Assembly: GCA_001643675.2 (NCBI GenBank)
Contig: LSRY02000002.1
Span: forward strand, 992,001-1,056,000
Reading direction: 5' to 3'
From: Monocercomonoides exilis PA203
Taxonomy: Eukaryota; Protista; Preaxostyla
DNA length: 64,000 nucleotides
In this document: one piece after another, positions 1 through 12,295 of the stretch
Layout: every line of letters starts with the position of its first letter
Position numbering within the stretch: the stretch's first letter is position 1
Translations under genes and position numbers: made by a program
The notes under the pieces: generated by a model
Told to the model about the DNA's origin: nothing
Database searches by the model: none
Seen by the model: the letters and a program-made list of their open reading frames with translations, nothing else

Positions 1-3000
1 GATAGCCTCATCACACACCACATCATCTCCAAATCACCTCCCACACACTCAATCAAACTACCCACTGCTTCACTCTTCACCAACACCCCAAATGTGCAGT
101 TTGCCATCTGTGTTTCTGTTGCTGTGTGAATCATCCCATTCCCAACCCCCGCCTCTCCCCACACCACATTCACATTTGTTCCTCTCTCCACGCCCTTCAG
201 CTCCCACTTCCATCCGCTCATCTCCACCTTCTCGCTCCAGCTGAACCCTTCATTCACAATTATCTTCTTCTCGCTGTTCGCAAACCTCAATCCAACCAGC
301 TTCCCAATAGTCGCACATTCATATCCTTCAAACCCACACCCTGAAAAGTCTCGCTCATTCACTCCTCCAACATACCCTGCAATGCCTTCAACTTCAACCA
401 TGAAAAACATCAGCGGAATCAGAAAACTCTCATCACCATCTTCAAACCCCATCGCCTCTCTCACTCTCCCTTTATCTGTCGCAATCACTCCCACAAACCC
501 TTCACTTCCCACTGCTTCACTCAGATCTTCAGCTTGTACAAAAACATTGTCTCCTCCTCTCGCTGCTTCATTCTTCCCCACACCTGTCCCAAACACCACT
601 CCACACACCTCATGATCCCATCGTTTTGATCCACTGCCTCCCTCCATTTTCAAAAACATCCCTCCTCCACATCCTCCAACTCCTTCACTCAAACTGCTCC
701 TGCACTTTTCAACCAGTGTTTCTTCCTCGCTCCTCCCTATTCGAAAATATCCTCCTGCTTCTATCTCCATACACACTCCACCTCCACATCCTTTCTCCAC
801 ACAACACACAGAAAAGCTGCTGTTTCCAATCGCAACGCTCTCCCCATCTCCAATCATGCACCGCACTCCACTCCCATTCCCTGCTGTGCTCTCAATCCCG
901 CTGAATGTGCACTTCTCCATCTCCAGATCGCTCCCTCCTCTCCCAACCACAATCCCACTCAACGAGCATGCAATCTCCTCAAATTTCGTCTGCTCAACAA
1001 CAAGCTTCCCACTGGATGCATAATATACCAATCCATTTTCACATTCCACTGTTCCTCCACTAATGTTTGTCTGGGAAATTAACCCTTCTCCATTATTGCT
1101 CACACAGACCATGCAGCTCCCCCCAAAGCTCAGCCCACTCGCTTCCACCTGTTGCACGCTCATCTTGCCTCCTCTGCATCGCATAACTACATATCCGATC
1201 CTCTCTCCTTCTCCTCCCTCGAAATTACACTGTCTCACCTCCACACTCCCACTCCGACACGCAATCACGCTTCTTCCCTCACCCACACTTGCTGGAAGCG
1301 ATATCACAAGATTCACAATCGTTGTTGTTGCTCCAGCTGTTGTGAACACTCCCTCTGCTCTCCCACTCTCACTGCTCTCTATCACCACTCGAGGTGGAGA
1401 TGCTTGTCCTTTCACCACAACAACTCCATTCATAAGTTCAACCTCGCCTTTCACGACCGCCCCGCTGTTCGCCACAACTGTTATCCCTGCCCCAGTTCCA
1501 TGCTTCCTGATCGCATAATCCACACTCGCACACTGCACATCTCCAAATCCACACATCTCCCAGTCTCTCTTGTTCAGCCCTCCAACATAGTATTCGCTTG
1601 GCTTGCTCCGCAGATACACCACAAGTGGAATAACATTCACTTCATCGCCATTCTCATATCCACACACCTCACTCAGATTGCTTTCATCAATCGCAAACTT
1701 CAGCCGCTCTCTCTTCGCCACCTCTGCCAATCGAGGCGCTCTCATGAACAGCTTGCTCCCTGCCTTTGTTGCCGCACACCCTGCAAACGATGCTTTATCA
1801 ATCACAAAATCATATCCTCCTTCCTTCACTTCAATCATCATCCCTCCTCCACATCCTCCTCCACTGCTCTGCCCTTCTCTCGCCTCACACCCACCAAACA
1901 AAACTTCGCTCTCATTCCCCACACGAGCACGGGCCCCCGATTCCATCCTAATTGCCATTCCTCCTCCGTTCCCGCTCTCACATCTGCATCCCTGCATCGT
2001 CACATTGTTCATCAGCAGCACTTCACCCTCTGCCACACTCTTCGATATCACACTCCCATCTCCCCTCAGCCTCACAATATTCCTGAAAGTGGTGAATGAC
2101 ATTGTCACTTTCCATTTCCCATCAACACAAACAATTGGAGCATCTTCCAGCACAAAGTTTTCAATCTCAACCTGCTCCATCCCCACTTTCCCTTCTCCTG
2201 CTCCAGACACGATCAGTGATGCGCCAAATGCATTCAGAGATGAATGCCCGTTTGATGGCTGCATCCGCATCCTCTTCAATTCTACACTTCCACTTCCCCT
2301 CACAACAAACAGTCTCATCTCGTGCTTCGTGTGAGAGTGCTCGATTGTGAACGAGCCGGTAAATACTCTTCCGCTCGTAACACTGAACAAACTATCTCCA
2401 TTCGTCATGCTGCTTGTGCTCACAACAGTCTCCTCCACACCTTCCCCACACACACTCAGCTCTCGAATTCCAGCACTTATTTCTCCCGCCTCTGATGCAT
2501 GTGTTCCTTTCCCCAAAAATATCCTCGACTCAAATTGAGTCATACACTTTCCCAGCGAATGGGAAATTGTTCTGCATCCCGATTCGTCAGATAACCCACA
2601 CAGCTCATCCCCGTCATTCCCATTTGTTGATACAAAGCAAGAGGTGAACAACTTTTTCGTTGTTGGAAGCCAATCTTTTTCGTATTTATTTGCGCCTCCC
2701 CAATATAATCTTTTTTCATTCATATTTGTTGAATAACTCTCTTTGAATGGAGTTGACGTTAGAATCACATCTGGTAATGAAACAATTAAGTAAACATCAT
2801 GCCCCAATGGAGTCTCTTCGGTTGAACAAGAACATCCGTGGAAAAACAAAAAGAAAAATGCTTTCAAATTCGTTTGATCTCCTTGGCACTTGACGAAATG
2901 ATGGCGAAGTGCTCCGCCTTCTTGCAAACTTGAACATTGAATGAATTGGCAACTCCTCATGGCATAATGTTGAGAGTAAGACCAAGACATGATACAACCA

Positions 3001-4496
3001 TACCTTCCTTCATTTGTGCAATTGACAAACTGGCAATCAATAAACTGTGCTTGACCTCCATTTCCATCGTCAAATCCAAGACAACTTGTTGTTGTATTCG
3101 TTAAAAAAGCATCATAGCAAATAGCGCTTCCTTGTCCTTTTTTGCTCACCAGATTATTTTTGAAAAGGCATTTGCGAGTGATTGAACAACCATAGTTCCC
3201 TGCCATGCAGTAGCTTCCTCCTTGGGCATCTGCAGTGTTGTTAATGAAAATTGTTTCAGCAAGTGATGTTCCTTTGGTAGGACGTGAACAAATTGCACCA
3301 CCTCCACCAAGAGCATAACAACAAGTTAAGTTGCATCTCGTCACACTGAGCAAAGCCTGAGCAGAGCTCACACTTAAAGCCCCTCCTGATCCAGAATCAG
3401 TTCGGCAGCCATAGAATGTGTCGTCTTCAAATGAAGCCGATGCACCAAGTACTCTTCTTCCTTCGCTCCCCTTGTAAATATCGTATTTGTTCGGATGTCT
3501 GATGTTGCCTTGATAGGTGCAGTTTCGCGAGACAACAGACGAAGAAGGCACGCTCAGCGGAGGCACAATGGCCCCATCCAGCACATCCTCCACTCGAATG
3601 AATTCCACACATTCAAGCCTTGCTTTGCAATTGTATTGTCCTCCATCCACGAACCTCCACTGGCTCCCCACTGTGATGTTCGCAAATCTCGAGCCGATCA
3701 CTTCAGCATTCCCAAGTGCTGGCGATACAATAAACGGTGATGATCCCCACAAGCTGAATGATCCAAAGCTGCACGCAATAATCTTTGCCTCTCCAAGCTC
3801 GTTCTCACTTCTGCTCCATGATTCAGGATGAAGCATTGGAGGCATCATTTTCTCTTCCCCAACTATTTTCAGGCTTGTATTTTCCAAAAGTATCCTTCCT
3901 TTAATGCACAGAATTGGCGATACATCTGCGCATTCCACCATCATCTCCACACACTCGAAATGCAAAAACGAGTTTCTTCCCGCATCAATTCCCTTTCCTT
4001 TCTCTGATCCAACAACTTGCAGTTTGCGTATCGCAACTGAAGAATTCCATGCTCCAATCAGACATCTTATAATGCTTTTCACATCTTGTTGTTTGTCATT
4101 AGATATCAAAAATTTTTCATTATCAATATATTCTTCTCTTCTTTTTCGAGTTTCCTTTTCTGTTTCTTTTTCAATCATTTCTTCAATTTGTTGTTCTTCA
4201 ACTTCATTCAAAAGCAAGTCTTTGAAATGCCTTCCAGAACGTTGAACTTCATTAACCAAATTTTTATTTTCGTTTTCCATTTCATTGCATCCTCTTTCAA
4301 TTGTATTTATGCCTTTTTCTCCAAAATCAATAGAAATTCCTTTTTCTGTGCTTTCTTGTGTGTTCACACTTTTCTCCGATGATAGGTTAACAAGCACCAA
4401 AAGTATCAATATAGAGATGCAATTGCATTTTGCCAATCCCACGCGCATTGGAATGAAATTGCTGAATATTTTTCTCTTTCCTGCTTTCGTGATCAT
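1..4496 (-). CDS. Giant Cys/Gly-rich surface (receptor-like) protein, 5' part; the ORF runs off the left edge. Paralog of 51055-60141
   Basis: Manual translation gives one open frame from ATG 4496 (MITKAGKRKIF...CISILILLVLVNLSS, hydrophobic signal-like) to position 3. It is missing from the ORF track, presumably because there is no stop in the window. It contains GGA(L/I)/FxxN motifs and G-x-D-x3-CG-x5/6-C modules. Shared with the right-hand receptor: DGAIVPPL/DGAILPNL, FSFCFFHG/ITFCFFNG, DWLP/GWLP. Confidence 0.85.
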   Translation of the reverse strand, partial: MITKAGKRKIFSNFIPMRVGLAKCNCISILILLVLVNLSSEKSVNTQESTEKGISIDFGEKGINTIERGCNEMENENKNLVNEVQRSGRHFKDLLLNEVEEQQIEEMIEKETEKETRKRREEYIDNEKFLISNDKQQDVKSIIRCLIGAWNSSVAIRKLQVVGSEKGKGIDAGRNSFLHFECVEMMVECADVSPILCIKGRILLENTSLKIVGEEKMMPPMLHPESWSRSENELGEAKIIACSFGSFSLWGSSPFIVSPALGNAEVIGSRFANITVGSQWRFVDGGQYNCKARLECVEFIRVEDVLDGAIVPPLSVPSSSVVSRNCTYQGNIRHPNKYDIYKGSEGRRVLGASASFEDDTFYGCRTDSGSGGALSVSSAQALLSVTRCNLTCCYALGGGGAICSRPTKGTSLAETIFINNTADAQGGSYCMAGNYGCSITRKCLFKNNLVSKKGQGSAICYDAFLTNTTTSCLGFDDGNGGQAQFIDCQFVNCTNEGRYGCIMSWSYSQHYAMRSCQFIQCSSLQEGGALRHHFVKCQGDQTNLKAFFFLFFHGCSCSTEETPLGHDVYLIVSLPDVILTSTPFKESYSTNMNEKRLYWGGANKYEKDWLPTTKKLFTSCFVSTNGNDGDELCGLSDESGCRTISHSLGKCMTQFESRIFLGKGTHASEAGEISAGIRELSVCGEGVEETVVSTSSMTNGDSLFSVTSGRVFTGSFTIEHSHTKHEMRLFVVRGSGSVELKRMRMQPSNGHSSLNAFGASLIVSGAGEGKVGMEQVEIENFVLEDAPIVCVDGKWKVTMSFTTFRNIVRLRGDGSVISKSVAEGEVLLMNNVTMQGCRCESGNGGGMAIRMESGARARVGNESEVLFGGCEAREGQSSGGGCGGGMMIEVKEGGYDFVIDKASFAGCAATKAGSKLFMRAPRLAEVAKRERLKFAIDESNLSEVCGYENGDEVNVIPLVVYLRSKPSEYYVGGLNKRDWEMCGFGDVQCASVDYAIRKHGTGAGITVVANSGAVVKGEVELMNGVVVVKGQASPPRVVIESSESGRAEGVFTTAGATTTIVNLVISLPASVGEGRSVIACRSGSVEVRQCNFEGGEGERIGYVVMRCRGGKMSVQQVEASGLSFGGSCMVCVSNNGEGLISQTNISGGTVECENGLVYYASSGKLVVEQTKFEEIACSLSGIVVGRGGSDLEMEKCTFSGIESTAGNGSGVRCMIGDGESVAIGNSSFSVCCVEKGCGGGVCMEIEAGGYFRIGRSEEETLVEKCRSSLSEGVGGCGGGMFLKMEGGSGSKRWDHEVCGVVFGTGVGKNEAARGGDNVFVQAEDLSEAVGSEGFVGVIATDKGRVREAMGFEDGDESFLIPLMFFMVEVEGIAGYVGGVNERDFSGCGFEGYECATIGKLVGLRFANSEKKIIVNEGFSWSEKVEMSGWKWELKGVERGTNVNVVWGEAGVGNGMIHTATETQMANCTFGVLVKSEAVGSLIECVGGDLEMMWCVMRL

Positions 4497-4645
4497 TGAT
4501 GGATTTTCATTATGGAACAAATAATTATTTTTTGTAAGGTTCTTCAAAAACCATAAAACTATTGATTTAAAAATAAAAAATTGTAAATCAAAAAAACATT
4601 TTTTCAGAAATAAAAAATCCAAATGAAAAAATTAAAAAAGGAAAC

Positions 4646-7600
4646 CTAAAAGCTATCGACAATTATTTTTCTAAAATGTTCAAAGCTTCTGGCTACACTT
4701 GTCAAAGAGAAACAGACAACTCTGAAAATAGGCAAAGGAAAAGTGCTTGAATTTATTGATATGCTTTCTTTTTCTTGAGAAGATGGAAAATACACTTTTT
4801 CATTCTCTTCATTGCTTATGTTACCTTTCAATGCAAAGTCGAGGAAATGATTTGTTTTACAATCATTTGTCAAATCTTTGCAGGCTGAAACGTTATAAAA
4901 TTTCTGAAACACCTGGAAAAGCCATAACACATTCCAATTCGTTTTCTTGAAAAGCAACTGATCTGTATGTGGATTAGAAACTCCAGGCGAATTAATCAAA
5001 GAAGAATATGCTATTGATTTTGGCAAAATAGTTTCCGATGCTGAAATTTTTCCTGAAGTTTTGTCATCTTTCTGATTTTGAATTTGTTCAGAAGCATTTT
5101 CATTCGAAGAATCTATTTTTGGTAAAGAAGAACGAGTGGAATCTGATAAAGCAGAGCATGATGCTGGAGGATGATAAACCGTCGAATTAGATGAAGCAAT
5201 CGAAGGAGATGATGTTTTTGCTGATTTCTGTTTGGACTTCAAAGACTTAATGATTAATGCTTGATGCGAAAGATCAGCAGAAATTGAGAATGCCAAAAGA
5301 GACAAAGTGATAAAGAGAAATGAATCGAGTGTGCAGTTTTCCCCATCTGCACTTAAATTTCCTGTGTTTTCATCAGATTCTGATGGAGTTTGTGATATTG
5401 GCTGAGCAGAGGTAACTGATTGATTTATATGGCCAATGAAACCAGGCGGAAGGAAAGAAAAAGCGAATGACATGATTGCCTTTATATTCTGAAACATTGA
5501 TGACTGATGATTGTTGTGATCTGTTGATGAAGCAGTTTGACTTGATGAAGAAGGAGAAGGAGAAGAATAAGAAGCAGCAGAAGCAGAATCAACAGACTGA
5601 TGGGAAGGCAAAGAAGTTGACGAACAAGAAGAAGAGGAAGAAGGAGAAGAAGAAGTAGAAGGGGAAGATCCTCGAGGAGGAGCATCAATCAAAGAAAACG
5701 ATTGGGCAAGCTGCTTGAAAAGAAAAGGAGCTGACGGAGACGAAAACGAGGGAATAAGTGCCTCAGACACAAATCGGCTGATTATGTTGGCTTCCATTTG
5801 CTCCGTCTTCTGCTGCGCTTTGCAATCACACTTGATTTTTTCTTTTTCCTTGTTCGATTTGTCAATAAGATCCCTTTTTTGTTCCTCTAAAACTCTGTTT
5901 TGTGTCTTTAATTTGTCGTTTTCCTCTTTCATTTCTTTAAACTGTAATGCCAATTCTTCGTTTTGAATCATTTTCTTCTCAAATTCATTGATTTCCTTTT
6001 CTTTTTGCTCCAATTCCTTCTGAACTTGTTCCAATATACGTCTTGTTTCGCACTCTTCTTTGTCTTTTTCCTCTTCCATCCTTTTTTCATTCTCTCTCAT
6101 TCTCTGCAACACTTCTGCTTCCTCTTTCTTCGCATCTTCAATGAGTGTTTGAAGTTCCTTGTACTGTTTTTCTCTTTCATTATAACTTTGTGATAATTCC
6201 TCATAACTTGTTTGAGTTTTGTTCAACTTGTCTTCTGTTTCTTTGATTCTCTGTTGGAATTCTTTGACTGATAAATCCAACATATCCTTTTGCTTCTGTT
6301 GCTCAATCATTTTTTCCTTCTCTTCGCCAATTTGTTTTGCTACTTCTTCTTTCTCACCTTGCAATCTTTCGATTTCCTTTTCCAACGTTAAAGATCGTCC
6401 TTCCACTGCAGAAATATCTTGTTTTTTCTTTTCAAATGTTTCCTCAAGACTTTTCAGCATCTTCTCTTTGTTGTTTATCTTGTCACTTATTTTCTTGCTT
6501 TGCTTTTCCATTTTCTCTTTTTCTTCCTTTTGCACTCGAATTGAATCATCAAGTGCCTTTTTTGATTGCCTTTGCTCAAATAATTCCTTCTGAATGTTTT
6601 CCAAGTTTATTTTTTCTTTCTCCAACTGTTCTTTTCCTTTGGCTAATTCTTCTTTCATTTCAGAGACTGTTGATTGTGTTTCCGCTTTTTCTTGTTCTAC
6701 TTTCTTGATCTCATTTTTCTTCTCTCCAATCTTCTTTTCAAATTCATTAACTTCTTTTTCTTTTGCCTTTGCTAATTGCTTCAATGTGTTGCATTCATCA
6801 GATATGCTCTTTTGCATCTCTTTTAATTCTTCCACTTCTTTTTCCATTTTTTCTCTTTCTGTTTTCATTTCTTCTTCCAATTCTGCCTTCTTTGCTTCTT
6901 TCTCGTTTATCTGCTCTTCGGTCTGCCTCAGCTGCTTTTCTGCCATTTCTTGTTGAGTTTGCAGATCCTTCAGTTTTTTCTCTTCTTTTTCATTTTCCTC
7001 AGCTCTTTCTCTCATTTCGTTTTCTTTCGTTTCTAACAATTTCTTCATTTCTTCCATTTTCTTATTCATATTTTCATTCTCTTTTTTGAGTGCTTCTTCT
7101 TCTTTTTTCATTACCTTGATTATTTCAGTTATTTCGTTCTTTTCTTCTTCCATCTTATTTTGCATTGTTTCGTTTTCACTCAACAACTTTGATTTTTGCT
7201 CGCATTTCTCATTGAAATCTTTTAACTGACTGGATTTCACCTGAATTTCTGCTTCAATTCTTGCTTTTATTTCTTCAAGTTTTGCTGTTTCTTTTTCAAA
7301 GTCGCTTCTAACTTTTTCAAGTTTTTTGACTTTTTCATCTTCTTTTGTGATTGTGTCATGCAATTGTTCCATTGTCTTCTTTAATCCTTCAATTTCTCCT
7401 TCTTTTTCCTCCACCTCCTTCTTTTTGCTCTCAATTTCTTGAGTCATTTCATTCAATTCATTCGCTTTTGTCTTCAAAGCAAAATTGTATTTTTCTTCTT
7501 CTTCTGAAAGAAGTCTAACATTTGATTCATGTTTGCTGACTTCATCTTTCAGCGTCAATATTATCAATGACATTTCTTCGTACTTTTTCTTTTCTTCCTC

Positions 7601-10600
7601 AATTTTCCTCTTTTCATCCTCCTCTTCTTTCCTCAGCATTTCAATTCTGCTGTTTTTGTCTATTTGTGCTTTCCTCAATTCTTCCATTGCTTCTCTTAAT
7701 TCTTCTTTTTCTTTTTTAATCAAATCTCTTTTTGCTTCTTCTCCTTCTTTCTGAAGAATGGCAATCTTCTTTTTCTCTTTCACTTCCTCCTCCTCTTTCT
7801 TCAACTTGCCTATTCTATTTATTAGTTCCTTTTCTTCTTCTTTCAATTTTTCAATGTGTTGTTCTTGTTCTATTTTCGCCTTGTCAAAATTGTCAAGTTC
7901 TTCTTTTCTTTTCTCTTCAGCAAGTTTCATCTCGTTCTTCATTTCTTCCAACTTTTGAATCAAATCTGATTTCTGCTGATGAAAATCTCGCAGTTCGCCT
8001 TTTCTTTCCTCGCTTTCCTTGTCAAATTCAACTTTCCTTTTCGCTTTCCTTTCCTCTTCTTCCTTCTTCTCTTCTTCCTCTTTCTTCTTCTTCTCACTTT
8101 CCAAGTTATCAATAGTACTTTTCAGATCCTTCGCATCTTTTACAAGTGAATCATATTCCTTTTGCAGCTTAGCTTCTTCTTCTTCCAACTTCTTTTTCCT
8201 TTCTTCTACCAACATTGTTTCTTCTTCGACCTTCTGCAAAGATTCCTTTGTTTTCCTTTCGCTCTCAGAAATCTGAGAAAGCACAGCTTCTTTGTCTTTA
8301 ACTTCCTTTTCCTTCTTTTCAATCTCTTTATCCAGATTCCTCAACACCTCCTTCTTTCTCCTCTCTTCCTTCTCTGCTTCCTCCATCTTCATGTTCATGT
8401 CAATCGTTCTGTTCACAATTGAATATTCCTTTTTGTTCAGCTCTTCAATCAACGCTTGCTTCGCATACAGCTCATTCTCTGTCATCTTCACTTTCATCTG
8501 CTGCTCTTCCATTTTTCTGTTTGCAGTTTTTAATGCCTCTTCCTTCGAAAGGATTTCAGCATTCAGACCTTGCAAAATGATCTTCTTTTCGAATATTTGC
8601 TTGTCAAGCTTCGTTTGCTCAGCAATTGCGAACTCAAATTTTTCTGCTTTTTGAGATTGGATTTCAAACAAATGTTGCCTTTTTTCATTCAAATTGTTGG
8701 ACTCTTTTACTTGATTGTGTTCATCAACTAACTTCTTCTTCTCCTCTTTCTTCTCTTCCTTCTCCTTCTCCTCTTTCTTCTTATCCTCTTTCTGGTTCTC
8801 TTCCTCTTTATCTTTCTCTTCCTCTTCCTCTTTCTCTTTCTCTTTCTCCTCCTTCTCTATCTTCTTATTCTTCTCATCCTCCAGCGATTTCATAACTTGT
8901 ATCTTTTCTTCTTTCAATTCAGATATTTCTGCTCTAATTCTCTCTTTGTATTCCAACAGAAGCTTAATCGTAGCGTCTTCTTTGATCCTCCTTGAAAGCT
9001 CATCATTCACTTGCTCCGTTTCCTTCTTCGAAGAAACGTCTTCAATGGAATCGCTCTTTGTTTGCTCTTTTTTATCTTTGTTTTCTTCTTCCTTCTCCTC
9101 CTCTTCTTTTTCTTTTTCTTCTCTTTCTTCTTTTTCCTCTTTTTCTTCTCTTTCTTCTCTTTCTTTTTCTTCCTCTTTTTCTTTTTCTTCCTCTTCCTCT
9201 TCTGCGCTTCTTTCGGAAATATTCACATTTTCACTCACTTTTTCATTCTGTGTCTCATTTTTGATATCAATTTGTATTTCTTCCGAACATTGCTGGTCTT
9301 CTGCATCATTCGAATGCATTTCTTTTGTCACTTCAGAATTTCCTTCTTCATCTTCTTTGTGTGAAAATTCTTTCTCTTCTAATTCAGAAGCAAGCTCTTG
9401 TTCAGCTGAATCCAATGAATCGCCTTGCAGATTGTGATCGCTCTCACAAACGTTCTCTTGTTTGATGTCATTTTCAACTGTTGCATTTTGAATCAACTCT
9501 GTTATTTTATCATCACTTTCTATGTTTCGATCAAATTTTGCATCCACTTCTTCGTTTCTTTCACTCACTGGTTCGATTTCATTGGCAGCCTCAGAATCTT
9601 TGCCTATGTTTGTATCTTCTTGTGGAATTTCCTCAACACTTTGAACTTCTGGCATTTCGTCAACTCCTTCTTCATGTTCTTTTTCGTCTGTATCAATTCC
9701 ACTTTCAGACAGTTTCATGCTCTTCACTTCATTTGAAGCAACTTCAACCTCCTCCTTCACCTCTCCTTCCTCCTCCACAGTTTCGTCAAATTGCTCGTTT
9801 TCTTCATTTTTATCGTCTTCGCACACAGAATTGTTGTCTGATGCATCTGCTGTGTCAAATATCTCCTTCATCATCTTTTCCATCATCTCCTTCATTGTCA
9901 GTGAAAATTCGTTGTCTGGCTCATCTTGTTGTGTTTCTTCCTCATCAATGCTTGGCTCTTCTGCATCCCGTTCTGTCTTTTCAATAAAACTAGTTGAATT
10001 TTCTTCGATCTCTTCATTAATGGATTCTTTATTTGCCTCGTTTTCCTTCACTTTCTGCTCATCGTTGTTGTCTTCTTTTTCAGGTTTCAGATTAACATTC
10101 AAGAAAGATTCGCTTGCCTCGCAATTGTCTGATGATATTGACGGAGCAATTTCATTTGATTTTTGGTCATCTTTATTCTCCGAAACAACATTTGCAACTA
10201 AATTTATCTCAAACTTAATGTGCTTTTCCTGTTCTTTTCCGTTCTTTTCCTCCTCTTCTTCTTCTTCCATTTCTATTTCTTCTTCTTTTTCCGTTTTGAA
10301 AGGTGTGCTTAGCTTCATGCTTATTGAATGAGGTGTAACAGCTTCCTTTTCTTCTTCCTTCGGTGAGCTGGCTTCAACATTTTCAGCAAATTGTTTCTTC
10401 GCCATTTCTCTGTTCATCCTTTCGATTTCTTCTCTTCTGCTTCTCAGTTCAAACCTGCTTTGTGCAGGTCTTCCTCTTCCTATGCTCGATTGGGCTCTTT
10501 GTAGTTGTTTCGGCTTTGTCTCCTTTTTCAGCTGCTGTTCATTTGTCTGCTTCTTTTCCAGCAAGTCAAGCGATGACTGCTTTCGAAGCAGTTCGTGCTG

Positions 10601-11902
10601 CGCAAACCCAAAACGGCGCGGGTCGCGTGTCTTTGAAGAAAGAGAGCTCAATCGGAGAGTTGGTGTTGAAGAGGATACAGGCAAAATGGCTGAAGTGGAA
10701 GGGGAGGGAGATAAAGTTGTGGGTGTATTGACAGTAGCAGCGAGTGATGGGGTCGTTGAATTGGAAGGAGAAAAAGAGGAAGATGGTGATGGTGATGGTG
10801 AAGGTGAAGGTGATAAAGATGAAGACGGAGACGGAGACGGAGACGGAGACGGAGATGGAGAAGAACGAATTGAGCTATGAGAATTAGGTTTAGCGGTGAA
10901 TCTTGAGAGGCGAGAAGTAGATGTGGTGACTGTCTTTGAAAGACGAGAATTTGACTTAAGTAGTGTAGTATTTGGGACAGATGATACTTTCTTCAATGTT
11001 CTATTAGAAATCACCGACTTCGTTTGTATCGATGTTGGTATTTCCCCTGATACAATACTTTGTGAATGGGCTAATGGACGACGTGCAGGAATTGTTCTTT
11101 CAGTCTTGGCAGTGCTTCGGTGTTGCAAGGTCCTTGCTTGGCGATATTCTTGGGCTTTTTGTTCCCTTAAATTAAAAACATTAATAATAATTATTCTCAA
11201 AGAAATTTCTTGAATAAAGCAAACCTTTCAAATTGTTCTCTTCGGTCTTCTTCCAAAAGCTCTTCCATTAATTTCTTTCGCAAAGCAGTTATTGATCCAG
11301 ATGTATGTGACGATGGGCGAAGAAGGCTTCTGCTTGTTTCATTTGTTAAAATATGTTGTTTGAGTTTCGTTGTTGCTTGTTTTTTTGGCTTACTTTCGCT
11401 AAAAGAGTTATCATGTGCAACTGTTTTCGTTTTTCGTTTATTGGTCTCCGCTTCCTGTTGGATTCGTTTAAATTCCTCTGGAGAAATAATGCTTATATCT
11501 TTATCATTCATAATTTCTCTTCTTGTTCTTCTAACCAAATCAAGTTTTCCTTTTTTAAAAGGAGATACATCGTTTAATATTTTCTTCAATTAAATATTTC
11601 TAACCTTGTCTTCTTGATTCATAATGCTTGAATCTTAAATCTGCTAATTCTTGTGGATATTTCCCGTCGCGAAACGTTTCCACGGGTTTAAACTGTAATT
11701 CACTTATGTTTATTCCTTCTTGAAGAACTGTTCATTTTAGTGAAATTTAAAAGAGAAAAATTTTTATGAAATTATAAACAACAATTAAGAATGATGCGGA
11801 AAAAAAATCAAAGCGCAAACGTGCTTCGCAAGAGCGAGGCGTAAGGTTTATATCTTCTTGAGTTCCGTCTATTTGCTCTAAATTCATTTTTAAATCCTGC
11901 AT
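4646..11902 (-). CDS. Large coiled-coil (Glu/Lys-rich) protein, ~2370 aa, at least 4 exons
   Basis: A 2184-aa ORF plus three GT-AG introns (11728-11820, 11550-11604, 11166-11224) that splice in frame to MQDLKMNLEQ...LTPRSCEALLQEGINISELQFKP...LRFKHYESRRQGKLDLVRRTRREIM...FEREQKAQ. Ser/Pro tract, acidic region, then a long heptad E/K region. The 3' end may be spliced differently. Confidence 0.8.
10786..10858 (-). repeat. Coding (Ser-Pro)n hexamer repeats, (GGTGAT)/(GGAGAC)n on +
   Basis: Direct reading: ggtgatggtgatggtgaaggtgaaggtgat...gacggagacggagacggagacggagac. Confidence 0.8.
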
Positions 11903-12295
11903 TTAGCTCATACAAATCAATAAATGAACTTAAGCCCATATTAAAATGTTCAATCTGTTTACGAAATAATTCACGAGTTACAAATGTTAAAATCATTCGT
12001 TTTTAGTGTTTACAGGATTTGAGTATTCAAAAGGTGTTTTTCATTGATTATAAAAGTTTGTTTTTAAATAAGAACAGGAAATATCTAATATAATAAATAA
12101 AATGAGAATATTTGTTGTAGAACACAACAAAAAGCTTGTAATGTGATTTGAGCATAAACAATAGACGTATTTCAGTTTATAAAATAAAAGAAATTATAAA
12201 TAAAAAGAAGAAGAGCACAAAATTTATTAAACCAAATAAAAAAATCTTCACATGATTCTATTTTTAATTCTTTTTTTCTTTTTTTCTCCTTTGAC

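Noticed and set aside
840-2710. Suspected frameshifts at G-runs near 850 and 2700 in the left receptor gene
   Set aside because: Recounting shows the frame is continuous (IGDGES, LYWGGANKY).
126-4524. Many + strand ORFs (up to 315 aa)
   Set aside because: Antisense shadows of the minus-strand receptor gene; the biased composition suppresses stops.
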